Assembly: GCA_025935615.1 (NCBI GenBank)
Contig: JAICUY010000003.1
Coordinates: forward strand, 1 to 53,664
Length of the DNA stretch: 53,664 nucleotides
DNA from: Steroidobacteraceae bacterium
GTDB taxonomy: Bacteria; Chloroflexota; Limnocylindria; QHBO01
Reading direction: 5' to 3'
The notes below the pieces were generated by a model. That model saw only the letters and a list, made by a program, of their open reading frames with translations, ran no database searches and had not been told where the DNA came from. The translations under genes and the position numbers were made by a program. Positions 19,437 to 27,805 of this stretch are shown here, one piece after another. How positions within the stretch are numbered: the first letter of the stretch is position 1; each line of letters starts with the position of its first letter.

Positions 19437-20411
19437 ATGCCGCGGTATCCGCTCGTGGCCGACGTTCTCGCCGCGCGCCGGCGACTGGCCGGAGTGGCGC
19501 TCAACACGCCACTCGAGCCGTCCTCGCCACTCACCGAGGAGAGCGGTGCGGCCGAGGTCCGCCTCAAGCTGGAAAGCACGCAGCCCGTCGGCTCGTTCAA
19601 GATCCGCGGCGCGTCCAACAGGGTGGCGCTGGTCGCGGCGACCGATCCCGGCGCTCGACTGATCACCGCCAGCAGCGGCAACCACGGCATCGCCGTGGCC
19701 GATGCGGCTCGGCGTCATCACCTCACGACGACCATCCTGGTCGGCGGCTCGGTCTCCCCGGCCAAACTGGAACGCCTTCGTTCGCTGGAGAGCGACAGCA
19801 TCACGGTCGAGATCTTCGGGCGTGACACGGACGACACGGAAGCCGAGGCGCGCCGCCGGGCCGATGCCGGCGACGGCGTCTACGTCCCGCCCTACAACGA
19901 CGCGGACGTGATCGCCGGCCAGGCCACCGTGGGTGCCGAGATCCTGGACGACTGGCCGGAGTGCGACGCGATCGTGGTGCCGATCGGCGGCGGCGGCCTG
20001 ATCAGCGGCATCGGCCTGTGGGTCAAGGCGGTCAAGCCCGGCCTGCGGCTGGTGGGCGTCCAGCCATCGGCATCGCCTCCGATGTACGGCTACTTCGAAG
20101 CCGGCTCGACTGCCCCTATGCCGATCGCGCCCACGCTGGCCGATGGCGTGGCCGGCAACATCGAGCGCGACAGCCTCACCTGGCGCATGTGTCGGCAGCT
20201 GGTCGACGAGGTGGTGGTGGTCGAGGAGGACGAGATTGCCGATGCCATGCGCTGGGCGGTTGCCGTGCCGCACCTGCTGCTCGAGGGGAGCGCGGTGCTG
20301 GGCATTGCGACCCTGCGGGCGCGCCGCGGCGGGCTCGATGGACGCCGTGCGGCGGTCGTGGTGACCGGGCGCAACGTCGACGAAGCCACGCTTCGACGCG
20401 TCCTGGGCTGA
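19437..20411 (+). CDS. PLP-dependent threonine/serine dehydratase (catalytic domain only, no ACT-like regulatory domain)
   Basis: 324-aa ORF. PLP-lysine motif STQPVGSFKIRGASN, SSGNHG and glycine loop PIGGGGLISG. Confidence 0.8.
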   Translation: MPRYPLVADVLAARRRLAGVALNTPLEPSSPLTEESGAAEVRLKLESTQPVGSFKIRGASNRVALVAATDPGARLITASSGNHGIAVADAARRHHLTTTILVGGSVSPAKLERLRSLESDSITVEIFGRDTDDTEAEARRRADAGDGVYVPPYNDADVIAGQATVGAEILDDWPECDAIVVPIGGGGLISGIGLWVKAVKPGLRLVGVQPSASPPMYGYFEAGSTAPMPIAPTLADGVAGNIERDSLTWRMCRQLVDEVVVVEEDEIADAMRWAVAVPHLLLEGSAVLGIATLRARRGGLDGRRAAVVVTGRNVDEATLRRVLG

Positions 20412-20478
20412 CTGGCGCGCCTGCGTGGCGTCGATCTTGCGGCGAATATCCGGTCCACCAATCAACCGGAGGAGTTCC

Positions 20479-20793
20479 ATGCTGCAGATGACACAGGCGG
20501 CTGCCACGCTGCTGAACGAGATTCGCTCAACGTCCGAGATTCCCGCCCAGGCGGGCGTGCGCGTCTACCCCGAGAAGCTCGGCGAGAGCGAGGTCAGCAT
20601 CGGCGTCGGGTTCGTCGACGACCCCATGCCGGGCGACCAGGTGAGCGAGCAGGAGGGCATCCGCCTCTTCGTCGCCCCCGAGATTGCCGGGCCGCTCGAC
20701 GCCACCAAGATCGACGTGACCCGCTCCGACGGCGAGACCCAGCTCATCTTCTGTCCGCAGGAGGACGCGCAGGAGAACGTCTCGCTGAACTGA
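20479..20793 (+). CDS. HesB/IscA-like protein lacking the C-terminal Cys motif
   Basis: ATG 20479 (MLQMTQAAATLL) preceded by GGAGGAG. Pattern ...GVRVY..........IGVGFVDDP..GD......GIRLFV resembles the IscA/HesB fold. The family call is tentative. Confidence 0.5.
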   Translation: MLQMTQAAATLLNEIRSTSEIPAQAGVRVYPEKLGESEVSIGVGFVDDPMPGDQVSEQEGIRLFVAPEIAGPLDATKIDVTRSDGETQLIFCPQEDAQENVSLN

Positions 20794-20837
20794 GCCGGCG
20801 GCCGGGTGGCGATTGCCCCTGGCTGGTAGCAACGGAT

Positions 20838-20866
20838 AACGGGAGTGCCGCAGGGGCACTCCCGTT
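20838..20866. terminator. Perfect 12-bp stem hairpin between convergent genes
   Basis: AACGGGAGTGCC gcagg GGCACTCCCGTT. It lies between the stops of the HesB-like gene (20793) and the cupredoxin gene (20888). The U-tract is weak. Confidence 0.55.
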
Positions 20867-20887
20867 CGTCACATCCGCTGCTGTCCG

Positions 20888-21283
20888 CTATCCGCTCGAC
20901 CCCGCTCCGCCGGTGACGAGCACGGTGCCCTTCATGTTCTGTGCATGGAAGGAGCAGTCGTAGTGATGCAGGCCGGGCTTGTCGAACGTGTACGTCACGC
21001 TCTCGCCCGGTTTCATGACCATCACGTCGCCCCCATCATCGAGCAGCCGCACCGAGTGGGTGAAGTTGTCGTTGTTGGTCCAGGTGACGGTCGTCCCCAC
21101 CGGAATCGTGATGTTGGCCGGGACGAACTTGTAGGACGGGGGAAGATCCACCTTGCTGGTGGCCACCGGCGACGCATCGGCCGCCGACGGGCCGCAGGCG
21201 GTCAGGGCGAGGGCCGCCAGGAGGAGAACGGCCCCCGCCGCTGAAGGAAGCCCGCGCAGTGAGCGCGGGCGAAGGAGTCTCAC
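20888..21283 (-). CDS. Cupredoxin (plastocyanin/amicyanin-like) lipoprotein
   Basis: GTG 21283 (VRLLRPRSLRGLPSAAGAVLLLAALALTAC, lipobox LTAC). Type-1 Cu ligand pattern NFTHSV ... YDCSFHAQNM. The GTG overlaps the upstream stop as GTGA. Confidence 0.75.
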   Translation of the reverse strand: MRLLRPRSLRGLPSAAGAVLLLAALALTACGPSAADASPVATSKVDLPPSYKFVPANITIPVGTTVTWTNNDNFTHSVRLLDDGGDVMVMKPGESVTYTFDKPGLHHYDCSFHAQNMKGTVLVTGGAGSSG

Positions 21284-21582
21284 CGCGACGGCGCCATTGC
21301 CGAGCTCAGCACCGTTCGGGTGGCGGCGGTGAAGACAAGGATGAAGGCCACCGCGTCGAGCACCTCGCTGATGGTGTGCGCGAACAGGAAGGTGGTCCAG
21401 TCGAGGTGATAGGTCATGTAGCTGATCTCGGCCAGGGCGAAGAGGCTGAACGCCCACCCCAGCGTCGATGCGTTTGCACTGAAGCTGCGCTGCGCGAAGT
21501 ACGCGCCGATCAGAAACAGCACGATGTGGATCAGCAGAAAGCCCCATGGCGGAATTCCCGAAATGAAGTCGCCGATAGGCAT
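21280..21582 (-). CDS. Small integral membrane protein (about 3 TM), unknown function
   Basis: 100-aa ORF MPIGDFISGIPPWGFLLIHIVLFLIGAYF... Translationally coupled to the cupredoxin gene. Confidence 0.55.
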   Translation of the reverse strand: MPIGDFISGIPPWGFLLIHIVLFLIGAYFAQRSFSANASTLGWAFSLFALAEISYMTYHLDWTTFLFAHTISEVLDAVAFILVFTAATRTVLSSAMAPSR

Positions 21583-21597
21583 GCGAAGGATCCTCCT

Positions 21598-21786
21598 CTA
21601 CCTGTTGGACCGATGCGGTCGAGCGCCCTCGGCGAGGACGCCTGCGAGAGCGGAGACCATCCCGACCAGCGCCAGCAGATGACCGATGTGCCCGCCGCCG
21701 GTCAGCGCTCCGGCGACGGCTGTGATCAGTCCGATGACGATCAGGAAGATTCCGACCGTCAGTGCCAGTGGCGACAGCGTCGACAT
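21598..21786 (-). CDS. Small membrane protein (2 TM), unknown function
   Basis: ATG 21786 (MSTLSPLALTVGIFLIVIGLITAVAG...) with GAGGAG about 8 nt upstream. Lies within ORF 21598..21822. Confidence 0.45.
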   Translation of the reverse strand: MSTLSPLALTVGIFLIVIGLITAVAGALTGGGHIGHLLALVGMVSALAGVLAEGARPHRSNR

Positions 21787-21877
21787 CCAGGCTCGCTCCT
21801 CATTTCTATCGCACCGTTTCACTAGTTTTAGAACGGATACGGCCGTTTGTCAAGGCGTTGCGTATCCTTAGGACGAG

Positions 21878-24800
21878 ATGCCACCCCATGAACCGGCCGA
21901 GGAGGCACGGATCGAGCGCGCGCTCGACACGCTGAACGCGGGTTACGTTGCCGAGCTGTACGAGCAGTACCGCCGCGATCCAGCCAGCGTCGACCGCGAG
22001 TGGCGCAGCCTGTTCGAGTCCGGTGCCGGCGGCTTCGAGGCTGCCGCTCCCCCGCAGCCGCCGTCGTCGAACGGCGGAAACGGCGCGGGCGCCGGGAGCA
22101 CCGCGAACGCTGTGAGCACCGCGAGCGCCGTCAGCTCGAGCGCCGCGCCCGAGGGCGCCACGCCGATCAAGGGCCTCGCGGCTCGACTGGCGGCGAACAT
22201 GAGGGCGTCACTCGCGGTTCCCACGGCGACCAGCTTCCGCGACGTGAACGTCGCGACCCTGGAGGCGCGCCGGCGGGAGCTGAACGGCCAGATCGCGCCG
22301 AAGAAGGTGAGCTTCACGCACCTCATCGGCTGGGCCATCGTGCAGGCCGCATCTGAGCAGCGCTCGATGACCCACTACTTCACCGAGCGCGATGGGCAGC
22401 CATTCCGCATCGACCCAGGCAGCGTCAATCTCGGGTTGGCGGTCGACGTCGAGCGGCCGGATGGCAGCCGCTTCCTGGTCGTGCCGGTCATCAAGCGCGC
22501 CGACGACATGGACTTCGCCCAGTTCCACGCTCGCTACGAGGAGCTGGTCGACAAGGCGCGGAGCAACAAGCTGTCGCCTGATGACTTCGCCGGCGCGACG
22601 ATCACGCTCACCAACCCCGGCACGCTGGGCACGACCGCGAGCGTGCCGCGGCTGATGCCCAACCAGGGAACCATCGTCGCCACCGGCGCCATCCGCGATG
22701 TCGGGACCTCGCGGGTGATGACGCTCACCAGCACGTACGACCACCGGATCATCCAGGGCGCCGAGTCGGGAGCGTTCCTGCGCGGCATCGACCGCGCGCT
22801 GAACGGCGAGGGGTCGCTGTACGCCGACGTCTTCGCCGCGCTGGCCGAGACGCTGGGCGCGTCGACGCCAAACGCCGCATCGGTCAAGCCGTCGACGGCC
22901 GAGACGGCCGGCGCGACCTACGACGACCTCAAGGCCGTCGCCGCGGGCATGGCGCTGGTCAAGGCGTACCGCCATTTCGGCCACCTGAACGCGCGCATCG
23001 ACCCGCTCGGAACCGAGCCGTCAGGCGATCCGGCGCTCGACCCGGGTCCGCTGGGCCTGACCGAGCAGAACATGCAGCGCATCCCGGCCGAGCTGATGCG
23101 GATCTACGTGCCCGGAGCGACCCTCGCGGAGGCGCTCCCGCACCTGCAGGCCACCTACTGCGGCACGATCGCCTACGAGGTCGAGCACATCGCCAGCCAC
23201 GAGGAGCGGGTCTGGCTGCGGCAGGTGATCGAATCGGGCCAGCACCGCCGAGCGCTGACGACCGAGGAGCAGAAGCAGCTGCTGCATCGGCTTACGCAGG
23301 TGGAGGGCCTCGAGCAGTTCCTGCACAAGGCCTACCTGGGGCAGAAGCGCTTCAGCATCGAGGGGCTCGACACCATGGTGCCGATGCTCGACACGGTCGT
23401 CCGCCACGCGGCCGCCGGGGGGACGCGCGACGTCGTCATCGGTATGGCGCACCGCGGACGGCTGAACGTGCTGGCACACATCGTCGGCATCAGCTACGAA
23501 TCGATCCTGTCCGAGTTCGAGGCGGGCAAGGCCGGGACGGACGTGCATGCGCCGAAGGGCGGCCTGGACGACGTCAAGTACCACCTCGGAGCCGCGGGCA
23601 CCTACCAGACCGAGCAGGGTGAGGTGCATGTCGAAGTCGCGCCGAACCCGTCGCACCTCGAGGCGGTCAATCCGGTCGTCGAAGGCCTGGCGCGCGCGCG
23701 GCAGACCGACCGGTCCGGGACGGTTGCCACCATCGACCACGCCAGGACGCTGCCGGTCCTGATCCACGGCGACGCCGCCTTCGCCGCGCAGGGCGTGGTG
23801 GCGGAGACGCTGAACCTCGGTCGGCTGGCCGGATATTCGACCGGCGGGACGGTTCACCTCATCGCCAACAACCAGGTTGGCTTCACCACCGGGCCAAACG
23901 AGGGCCGCTCGACCGACTACTCCTCCGACCTTGCCAAGGGATTCGACGCACCCATCATCCACGTCAACGCCGACGACGCGGAGGCGTGCCTGGCCGCGGC
24001 CCGGCTGGCGATGATGTACCGCGACCGGTTCGGGCACGACGTGGTGATCGACCTGGTCGGCTACCGCCGCTACGGCCACAACGAGGGTGACGAACCCGCC
24101 TACACCCAGCCGGAGATGTACTCCGCCATCGGCTCGCACCCCTCGGTGCGTTCGCTCTACCTCGAAGGGCTGGTCGCCTCCGGCGCCATCGCACAGGCCG
24201 ATGCGGACGTGGAGCTCAAGTCATTGAACCGCGACCTGGCCGCGCGCCAGGCGTCGCTCCGGAAGTCTGCGGCGGAGCCTGGCCTGGACCGTGGATCCGA
24301 TGCGCTGGCTCCCGAGGTCGCGGCCGAGCCGGAGAGCGCGGTCGAGATCGACAGGTTGCGCGAGCTGAATGCGCATCTCAACTCGTGGCCGGAGGCATTC
24401 ACCATCAACTCCAAGCTCGGGCGACAGCTCGAGCGGCGGCGTCGGGCCCTCGACGGCGACGAGCCGCACGTCGAGTGGGCACAGGCCGAGGCGCTCGCGT
24501 TCGCGTCGCTGCTGACCGAGGGAACGCCCATCCGGCTCACCGGCCAGGACACGGTGCGAGGCACCTTCAGCCAGCGCCATGCCGCGCTCTTCGACGCCTC
24601 GACCGGCGAGACGTACGTGCCCCTGCAGCACGTCGCCGATGCTGGCGCGTCGTTCGAGCTGCATAACTCGCCGCTGAGTGAATACGCCTGTCTCGGCTTC
24701 GAGTACGGCTACGCCGTGACGGCGCCCCGCGCATTGGTCGTGTGGGAGGCGCAGTACGGCGACTTCGTCAACGGCGCCGAGATCATCATCGACCAGTTCA

Positions 24801-25507
24801 TCATCGCCGGGCTCGCCAAGTGGCGGCAGACCTCGCGGCTGACGCTGCTGCTCCCGCACGGGTACGAAGGTTCCGGTCCGGAGCACTCCTCGGCGCGTCT
24901 GGAGCGCTTCCTGGCGCTGGGCGCCGAGGGCAACATCCGGGTTGCCTACCCGACCACGCCGGCGCAGTACTTCCACCTGCTTCGCCGGCAGGCACGACAC
25001 GCCGAGCTGCGGCCGCTGGTGGTCATGACCCCGAAGTCGCTGCTGCGGCTGCCGGCCGCAGCGTCGCGACCCTCGGAGCTCGCTTCGGGACGCTTCCAGC
25101 CCGTCCTCGACGACGCCTCGCGCGCGTCCGATGAGGCGGCCGATGCGGTCCGCCGGGTGGTCCTCTGCAGTGGCAAGGTCTATTACGACCTGGTCGGGTC
25201 GGAGCTGCATTCCGAGCAGGCCGATCTCGCCGTGGTGCGCGTGGAGCGCCTCTATCCGTTCCCGACCGATGAGCTGCGCGACGTTCTGGCCCGCTACCCG
25301 AAGGTCGAGAAGGTCTCCTGGGTCCAGGAGGAGCCGCGCAACATGGGCGCGCGCAAGTTCGTGCTGCCGCGCATCCGGCACCTCGTCCCGTACAAGATTC
25401 CGCTGGGCGACGTGTCGCGCCCCGAGCGCTCCCGGCCGGCCGAAGGGTATCCGGCGGCCCATGCCGCGGAACAGCAGCGCATCGTCCGCGAGGCACTCAC
25501 CGAGTAG
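21878..25507 (+). CDS. kgd: Multifunctional 2-oxoglutarate dehydrogenase/decarboxylase E1 with fused E2-like succinyltransferase segment (actinobacterial Kgd/OdhA type)
   Basis: 1209-aa ORF with N-terminal YVAELYEQYRRDP. Acyltransferase signature TSTYDHRIIQGAESGAFL. E1o segments RFSIEGLD, GMAHRGRLNVL, IHGDAAFAAQGVV and GYRRYGHNEGDEP. Confidence 0.9.
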   Translation: MPPHEPAEEARIERALDTLNAGYVAELYEQYRRDPASVDREWRSLFESGAGGFEAAAPPQPPSSNGGNGAGAGSTANAVSTASAVSSSAAPEGATPIKGLAARLAANMRASLAVPTATSFRDVNVATLEARRRELNGQIAPKKVSFTHLIGWAIVQAASEQRSMTHYFTERDGQPFRIDPGSVNLGLAVDVERPDGSRFLVVPVIKRADDMDFAQFHARYEELVDKARSNKLSPDDFAGATITLTNPGTLGTTASVPRLMPNQGTIVATGAIRDVGTSRVMTLTSTYDHRIIQGAESGAFLRGIDRALNGEGSLYADVFAALAETLGASTPNAASVKPSTAETAGATYDDLKAVAAGMALVKAYRHFGHLNARIDPLGTEPSGDPALDPGPLGLTEQNMQRIPAELMRIYVPGATLAEALPHLQATYCGTIAYEVEHIASHEERVWLRQVIESGQHRRALTTEEQKQLLHRLTQVEGLEQFLHKAYLGQKRFSIEGLDTMVPMLDTVVRHAAAGGTRDVVIGMAHRGRLNVLAHIVGISYESILSEFEAGKAGTDVHAPKGGLDDVKYHLGAAGTYQTEQGEVHVEVAPNPSHLEAVNPVVEGLARARQTDRSGTVATIDHARTLPVLIHGDAAFAAQGVVAETLNLGRLAGYSTGGTVHLIANNQVGFTTGPNEGRSTDYSSDLAKGFDAPIIHVNADDAEACLAAARLAMMYRDRFGHDVVIDLVGYRRYGHNEGDEPAYTQPEMYSAIGSHPSVRSLYLEGLVASGAIAQADADVELKSLNRDLAARQASLRKSAAEPGLDRGSDALAPEVAAEPESAVEIDRLRELNAHLNSWPEAFTINSKLGRQLERRRRALDGDEPHVEWAQAEALAFASLLTEGTPIRLTGQDTVRGTFSQRHAALFDASTGETYVPLQHVADAGASFELHNSPLSEYACLGFEYGYAVTAPRALVVWEAQYGDFVNGAEIIIDQFIIAGLAKWRQTSRLTLLLPHGYEGSGPEHSSARLERFLALGAEGNIRVAYPTTPAQYFHLLRRQARHAELRPLVVMTPKSLLRLPAAASRPSELASGRFQPVLDDASRASDEAADAVRRVVLCSGKVYYDLVGSELHSEQADLAVVRVERLYPFPTDELRDVLARYPKVEKVSWVQEEPRNMGARKFVLPRIRHLVPYKIPLGDVSRPERSRPAEGYPAAHAAEQQRIVREALTE

Positions 25508-25631
25508 GTCTCTCGCCACGGCTCATTCGTGGATTGATTAGAACGACGCACACGGGCCGCTCTGCTGCTGTTTATTCGTGTCGCGGATAGAATCGACCGC
25601 TTTCACCCGCAAACGGCGCGAAACGGGCTGT

Positions 25632-25704
25632 TTTCATCCTGCTGGCGAATAGACGACGCCTCGAAGGGACCTCCGGCGTCATTTCATCCTGCTGGCGAAT
25701 AGAC
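25632..25704. repeat. Two exact 23-bp direct repeats (tttcatcctgctggcgaatagac) 50 bp apart
   Basis: Copies at 25632-25654 and 25682-25704. The 27-nt spacer contains the inverted repeat gacgcc/ggcgtc. A degenerate copy lies at 25571-25593. The second copy ends 4 nt before the TACGAT box of the GNAT-thrC unit. Confidence 0.8.
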
Positions 25705-25708
25705 CCAC

Positions 25709-25714
25709 TACGAT
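25709..25714 (+). promoter_or_regulatory. -10-like TACGAT box, 9 nt upstream of ATG 25724
   Basis: ccacTACGATgacggcgccATG. Confidence 0.35.
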
Positions 25715-25723
25715 GACGGCGCC

Positions 25724-26302
25724 ATGGCCCTCGACATCCAGCCCCTGACGCCGGAGCGCTGGGACGACCTCGTCCAGCTGTTCGGCGACAACGGAGCCTA
25801 CGGGAACTGCTGGTGCACCTGGTTCCGGCAGACGTCGAAGGACTTCAGCGCCGGCTGCGCCAACCGCGGCGCCGGCAACCGCGACTTCCTGCAGCGCCTG
25901 ACCGATGCGGGCCGCCGGCCCGGCCTGATCGCGTACCGCGACGGCAAGCCGGTGGGCTGGGTCTCGGTCGCGCCGCTCGATGAGTTCGGCCGCGTCCTTC
26001 GCTCCCCGACGCTCAAGCCGCACGATGCGCCGCCGCCCACGACGTGGGCGATCGTGTGCTTCTACGTGCCGCGCTCCGAACGGCGGCGTGGCGTGACCCG
26101 CGAGCTGCTGCCGGCAGCGGTCGACTACGCGCGGTCGCACGGCGCGAGGCGGGTCGAGGCCTATCCGGTGGACATGCACGGACGGACACGGATCGAGACT
26201 GCCGGACTGTTCACCGGCAAGCTCGACTGGTTCGAGCGCGCCGGCTTTGCCGAGGTGCGGCGCCGCTCGCCGCGGCAGCCGGTCGTCGCGCGCGACCTGT
26301 GA
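25724..26302 (+). CDS. GNAT family N-acetyltransferase
   Basis: 192-aa ORF. GNCWCTWFRQ motif and acetyl-CoA loop RRRGVTRELL. Confidence 0.8.
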   Translation: MALDIQPLTPERWDDLVQLFGDNGAYGNCWCTWFRQTSKDFSAGCANRGAGNRDFLQRLTDAGRRPGLIAYRDGKPVGWVSVAPLDEFGRVLRSPTLKPHDAPPPTTWAIVCFYVPRSERRRGVTRELLPAAVDYARSHGARRVEAYPVDMHGRTRIETAGLFTGKLDWFERAGFAEVRRRSPRQPVVARDL

Positions 26303-27345
26303 GCGCGCTGCTCGAGCGCTATCGCGACCTGCTGGCGGGGCCTGCCGAGGCGTTTCCGGTCACGCTGGGCGAGGGAGCAACGCCACTCATCCACGCCCGG
26401 CGTCTCGGAGAGGAGCTAGGCCTGGACAACCTCTACCTGAAGTTCGAGGGCACCAACCCGACCGGCAGCTTCAAGGATCGGGGGATGGTGCTGGCCGTAA
26501 ACCGCGCGCTGGCCAGCGGCGCGCGCGCCGTGATCTGCGCCTCGACCGGCAACACCTCCGCCTCGGCGGCTGCCTACGCGGCGGCAGCCGGCATCGACTG
26601 CTTCGTGGTGCTTCCGGTCGGGAAAGTCGCGCGCGGGAAGCTGGCGCAGGCCGTGGCGGCAGGCGCGCGGCTGATCAGCATCGACGGGAACTTCGACGAG
26701 GCGCTCGAGTCGGTGCGGCGCATCGGTGACGAGGAGACGGCCGCGGTCGTCAACAGCATCAACCCGGACCGGATTGCAGGACAGCAGACGGGTGCCTGGG
26801 AGATCGTCGACGAGCTCGGCCGCGCGCCAGACGCGCTGGCCCTGCCGGTCGGCAACGCCGGCAACATCACCGCCTACTGGCGCGGGTTCACGCGCTACGC
26901 CGAGGCCGGCCGAACAACGACGAAGCCGCGCATGCTCGGCTTCCAGGCTGCCGGCGCAGCGCCCATCGTCAACGGAGCGCCGGTGGCGCAGCCGGAGACG
27001 GTGGCGACTGCGATCCGCATCGGTAGCCCGGCCTCGTGGGAAGGAGCAACGGCCGCGAGGGACGAGTCGCGCGGTGTGATCGAGGCGGTCAGCGACGAGG
27101 AGATCCTCGATGCGCAGCGGCGGATTGCGCAGACGGAGGGCGTCTTCTGCGAACCCGCCTCAGCGGCGGGGGTGGCCGGGGTGCGGAGGCTGGCCGCCGA
27201 CGGGAGGCTGCATCGGTCCGAGACGGTGGTGTGCGTGCTGACCGGTCATGGCCTGAAGGACCCGGACATCGTCAGTCCCGAGGAGGGCGAAATCAGAACG
27301 GTCGGCGCCGATCTCGCGTCGATCCGGCGCGGAATGGGGATCTAG
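26299..27345 (+). CDS. thrC: Threonine synthase
   Basis: In-frame GTG 26299 inside ORF 26044..27345 (VSALLERYRDLL), overlapping the GNAT stop as GTGA. Motifs EGATPL, KFEGTNPTGSFKDRG, STGNTSAS and GNAGN. Confidence 0.85.
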   Translation: MSALLERYRDLLAGPAEAFPVTLGEGATPLIHARRLGEELGLDNLYLKFEGTNPTGSFKDRGMVLAVNRALASGARAVICASTGNTSASAAAYAAAAGIDCFVVLPVGKVARGKLAQAVAAGARLISIDGNFDEALESVRRIGDEETAAVVNSINPDRIAGQQTGAWEIVDELGRAPDALALPVGNAGNITAYWRGFTRYAEAGRTTTKPRMLGFQAAGAAPIVNGAPVAQPETVATAIRIGSPASWEGATAARDESRGVIEAVSDEEILDAQRRIAQTEGVFCEPASAAGVAGVRRLAADGRLHRSETVVCVLTGHGLKDPDIVSPEEGEIRTVGADLASIRRGMGI

Positions 27346-27743
27346 GAGCAGCCGCAGGCGTTGAGGACGGCGTCCAGAAACTCTTCGGGCTGGGCGTGCT
27401 TCGGGACGAACGCGGCAGCGCGGCCGGCGAGTGAAGGGTCCTCGACCGGATCGGACCAGCCCATCAGCACCACCCGGCACTCGGGCCAGCCCATGCCGAT
27501 CCCGTTCAGCAGGCTGTTGGCGGCGGCCACGTCGGGAAGCCGCGGGTCGACGAGCACGACGGACGGCTCGCGCAGCGCAACCATCTCGAGCGCGGAGCGG
27601 ACGTCGCCCGCGGTGCCGACCACGTCGACCTTGCCGGAGATGCGCAGCGCCTCGGCAAGGCTCTGCTGCACGCGGCGGTCGGCGTCGATGATTGCCACGC
27701 GCGGAATCCGGGTATCGTCAGCCGAGGGCGGGAGTGTGGCCAT
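27342..27743 (-). CDS. Stand-alone receiver (REC) domain protein
   Basis: 133-aa ORF: RVAIIDADRR ... SVVLVDPRLPD ... FVPKHAQ. No output domain. Ends ...NACGCS. Confidence 0.7.
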   Translation of the reverse strand: MATLPPSADDTRIPRVAIIDADRRVQQSLAEALRISGKVDVVGTAGDVRSALEMVALREPSVVLVDPRLPDVAAANSLLNGIGMGWPECRVVLMGWSDPVEDPSLAGRAAAFVPKHAQPEEFLDAVLNACGCS

Positions 27744-27749
27744 GCGAAC

Positions 27750-27755
27750 ACGCTA
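27750..27755 (-). promoter_or_regulatory. -10-like TAGCGT box, 6 nt upstream of ATG 27743 (leaderless-type)
   Basis: Minus strand reads gcgTAGCGTgttcgcATG. Confidence 0.35.
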
Positions 27756-27805
27756 CGCGCGCGGCCCGCTCGCGTCGATGCGGCAAGCGACGCTGCCGGC
27801 CTACG

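Noticed and set aside
21847-21868. TTGTCA ... TATCCT as a sigma-70-type promoter for kgd
   Set aside because: The two hexamers are only 10 nt apart, whereas 16-18 nt is expected. TATCCT alone, 9 nt from the ATG, might be a -10 box, but support is too weak to list it as a feature.
25571-25704. Possible CRISPR array (repeat-spacer-repeat)
   Set aside because: There are only two exact 23-nt copies plus one degenerate copy. The spacing is irregular (61 and 50 nt), the 27-nt spacer is itself a hairpin, and there are no cas genes anywhere in the window. I treat it as a regulatory or relic direct repeat.
27342-27345. thrC and the stand-alone REC gene share the palindrome CTAG as both stop codons
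   Set aside because: It is a real feature of the sequence, but most simply a coincidence of convergent genes abutting. No functional claim is justified.
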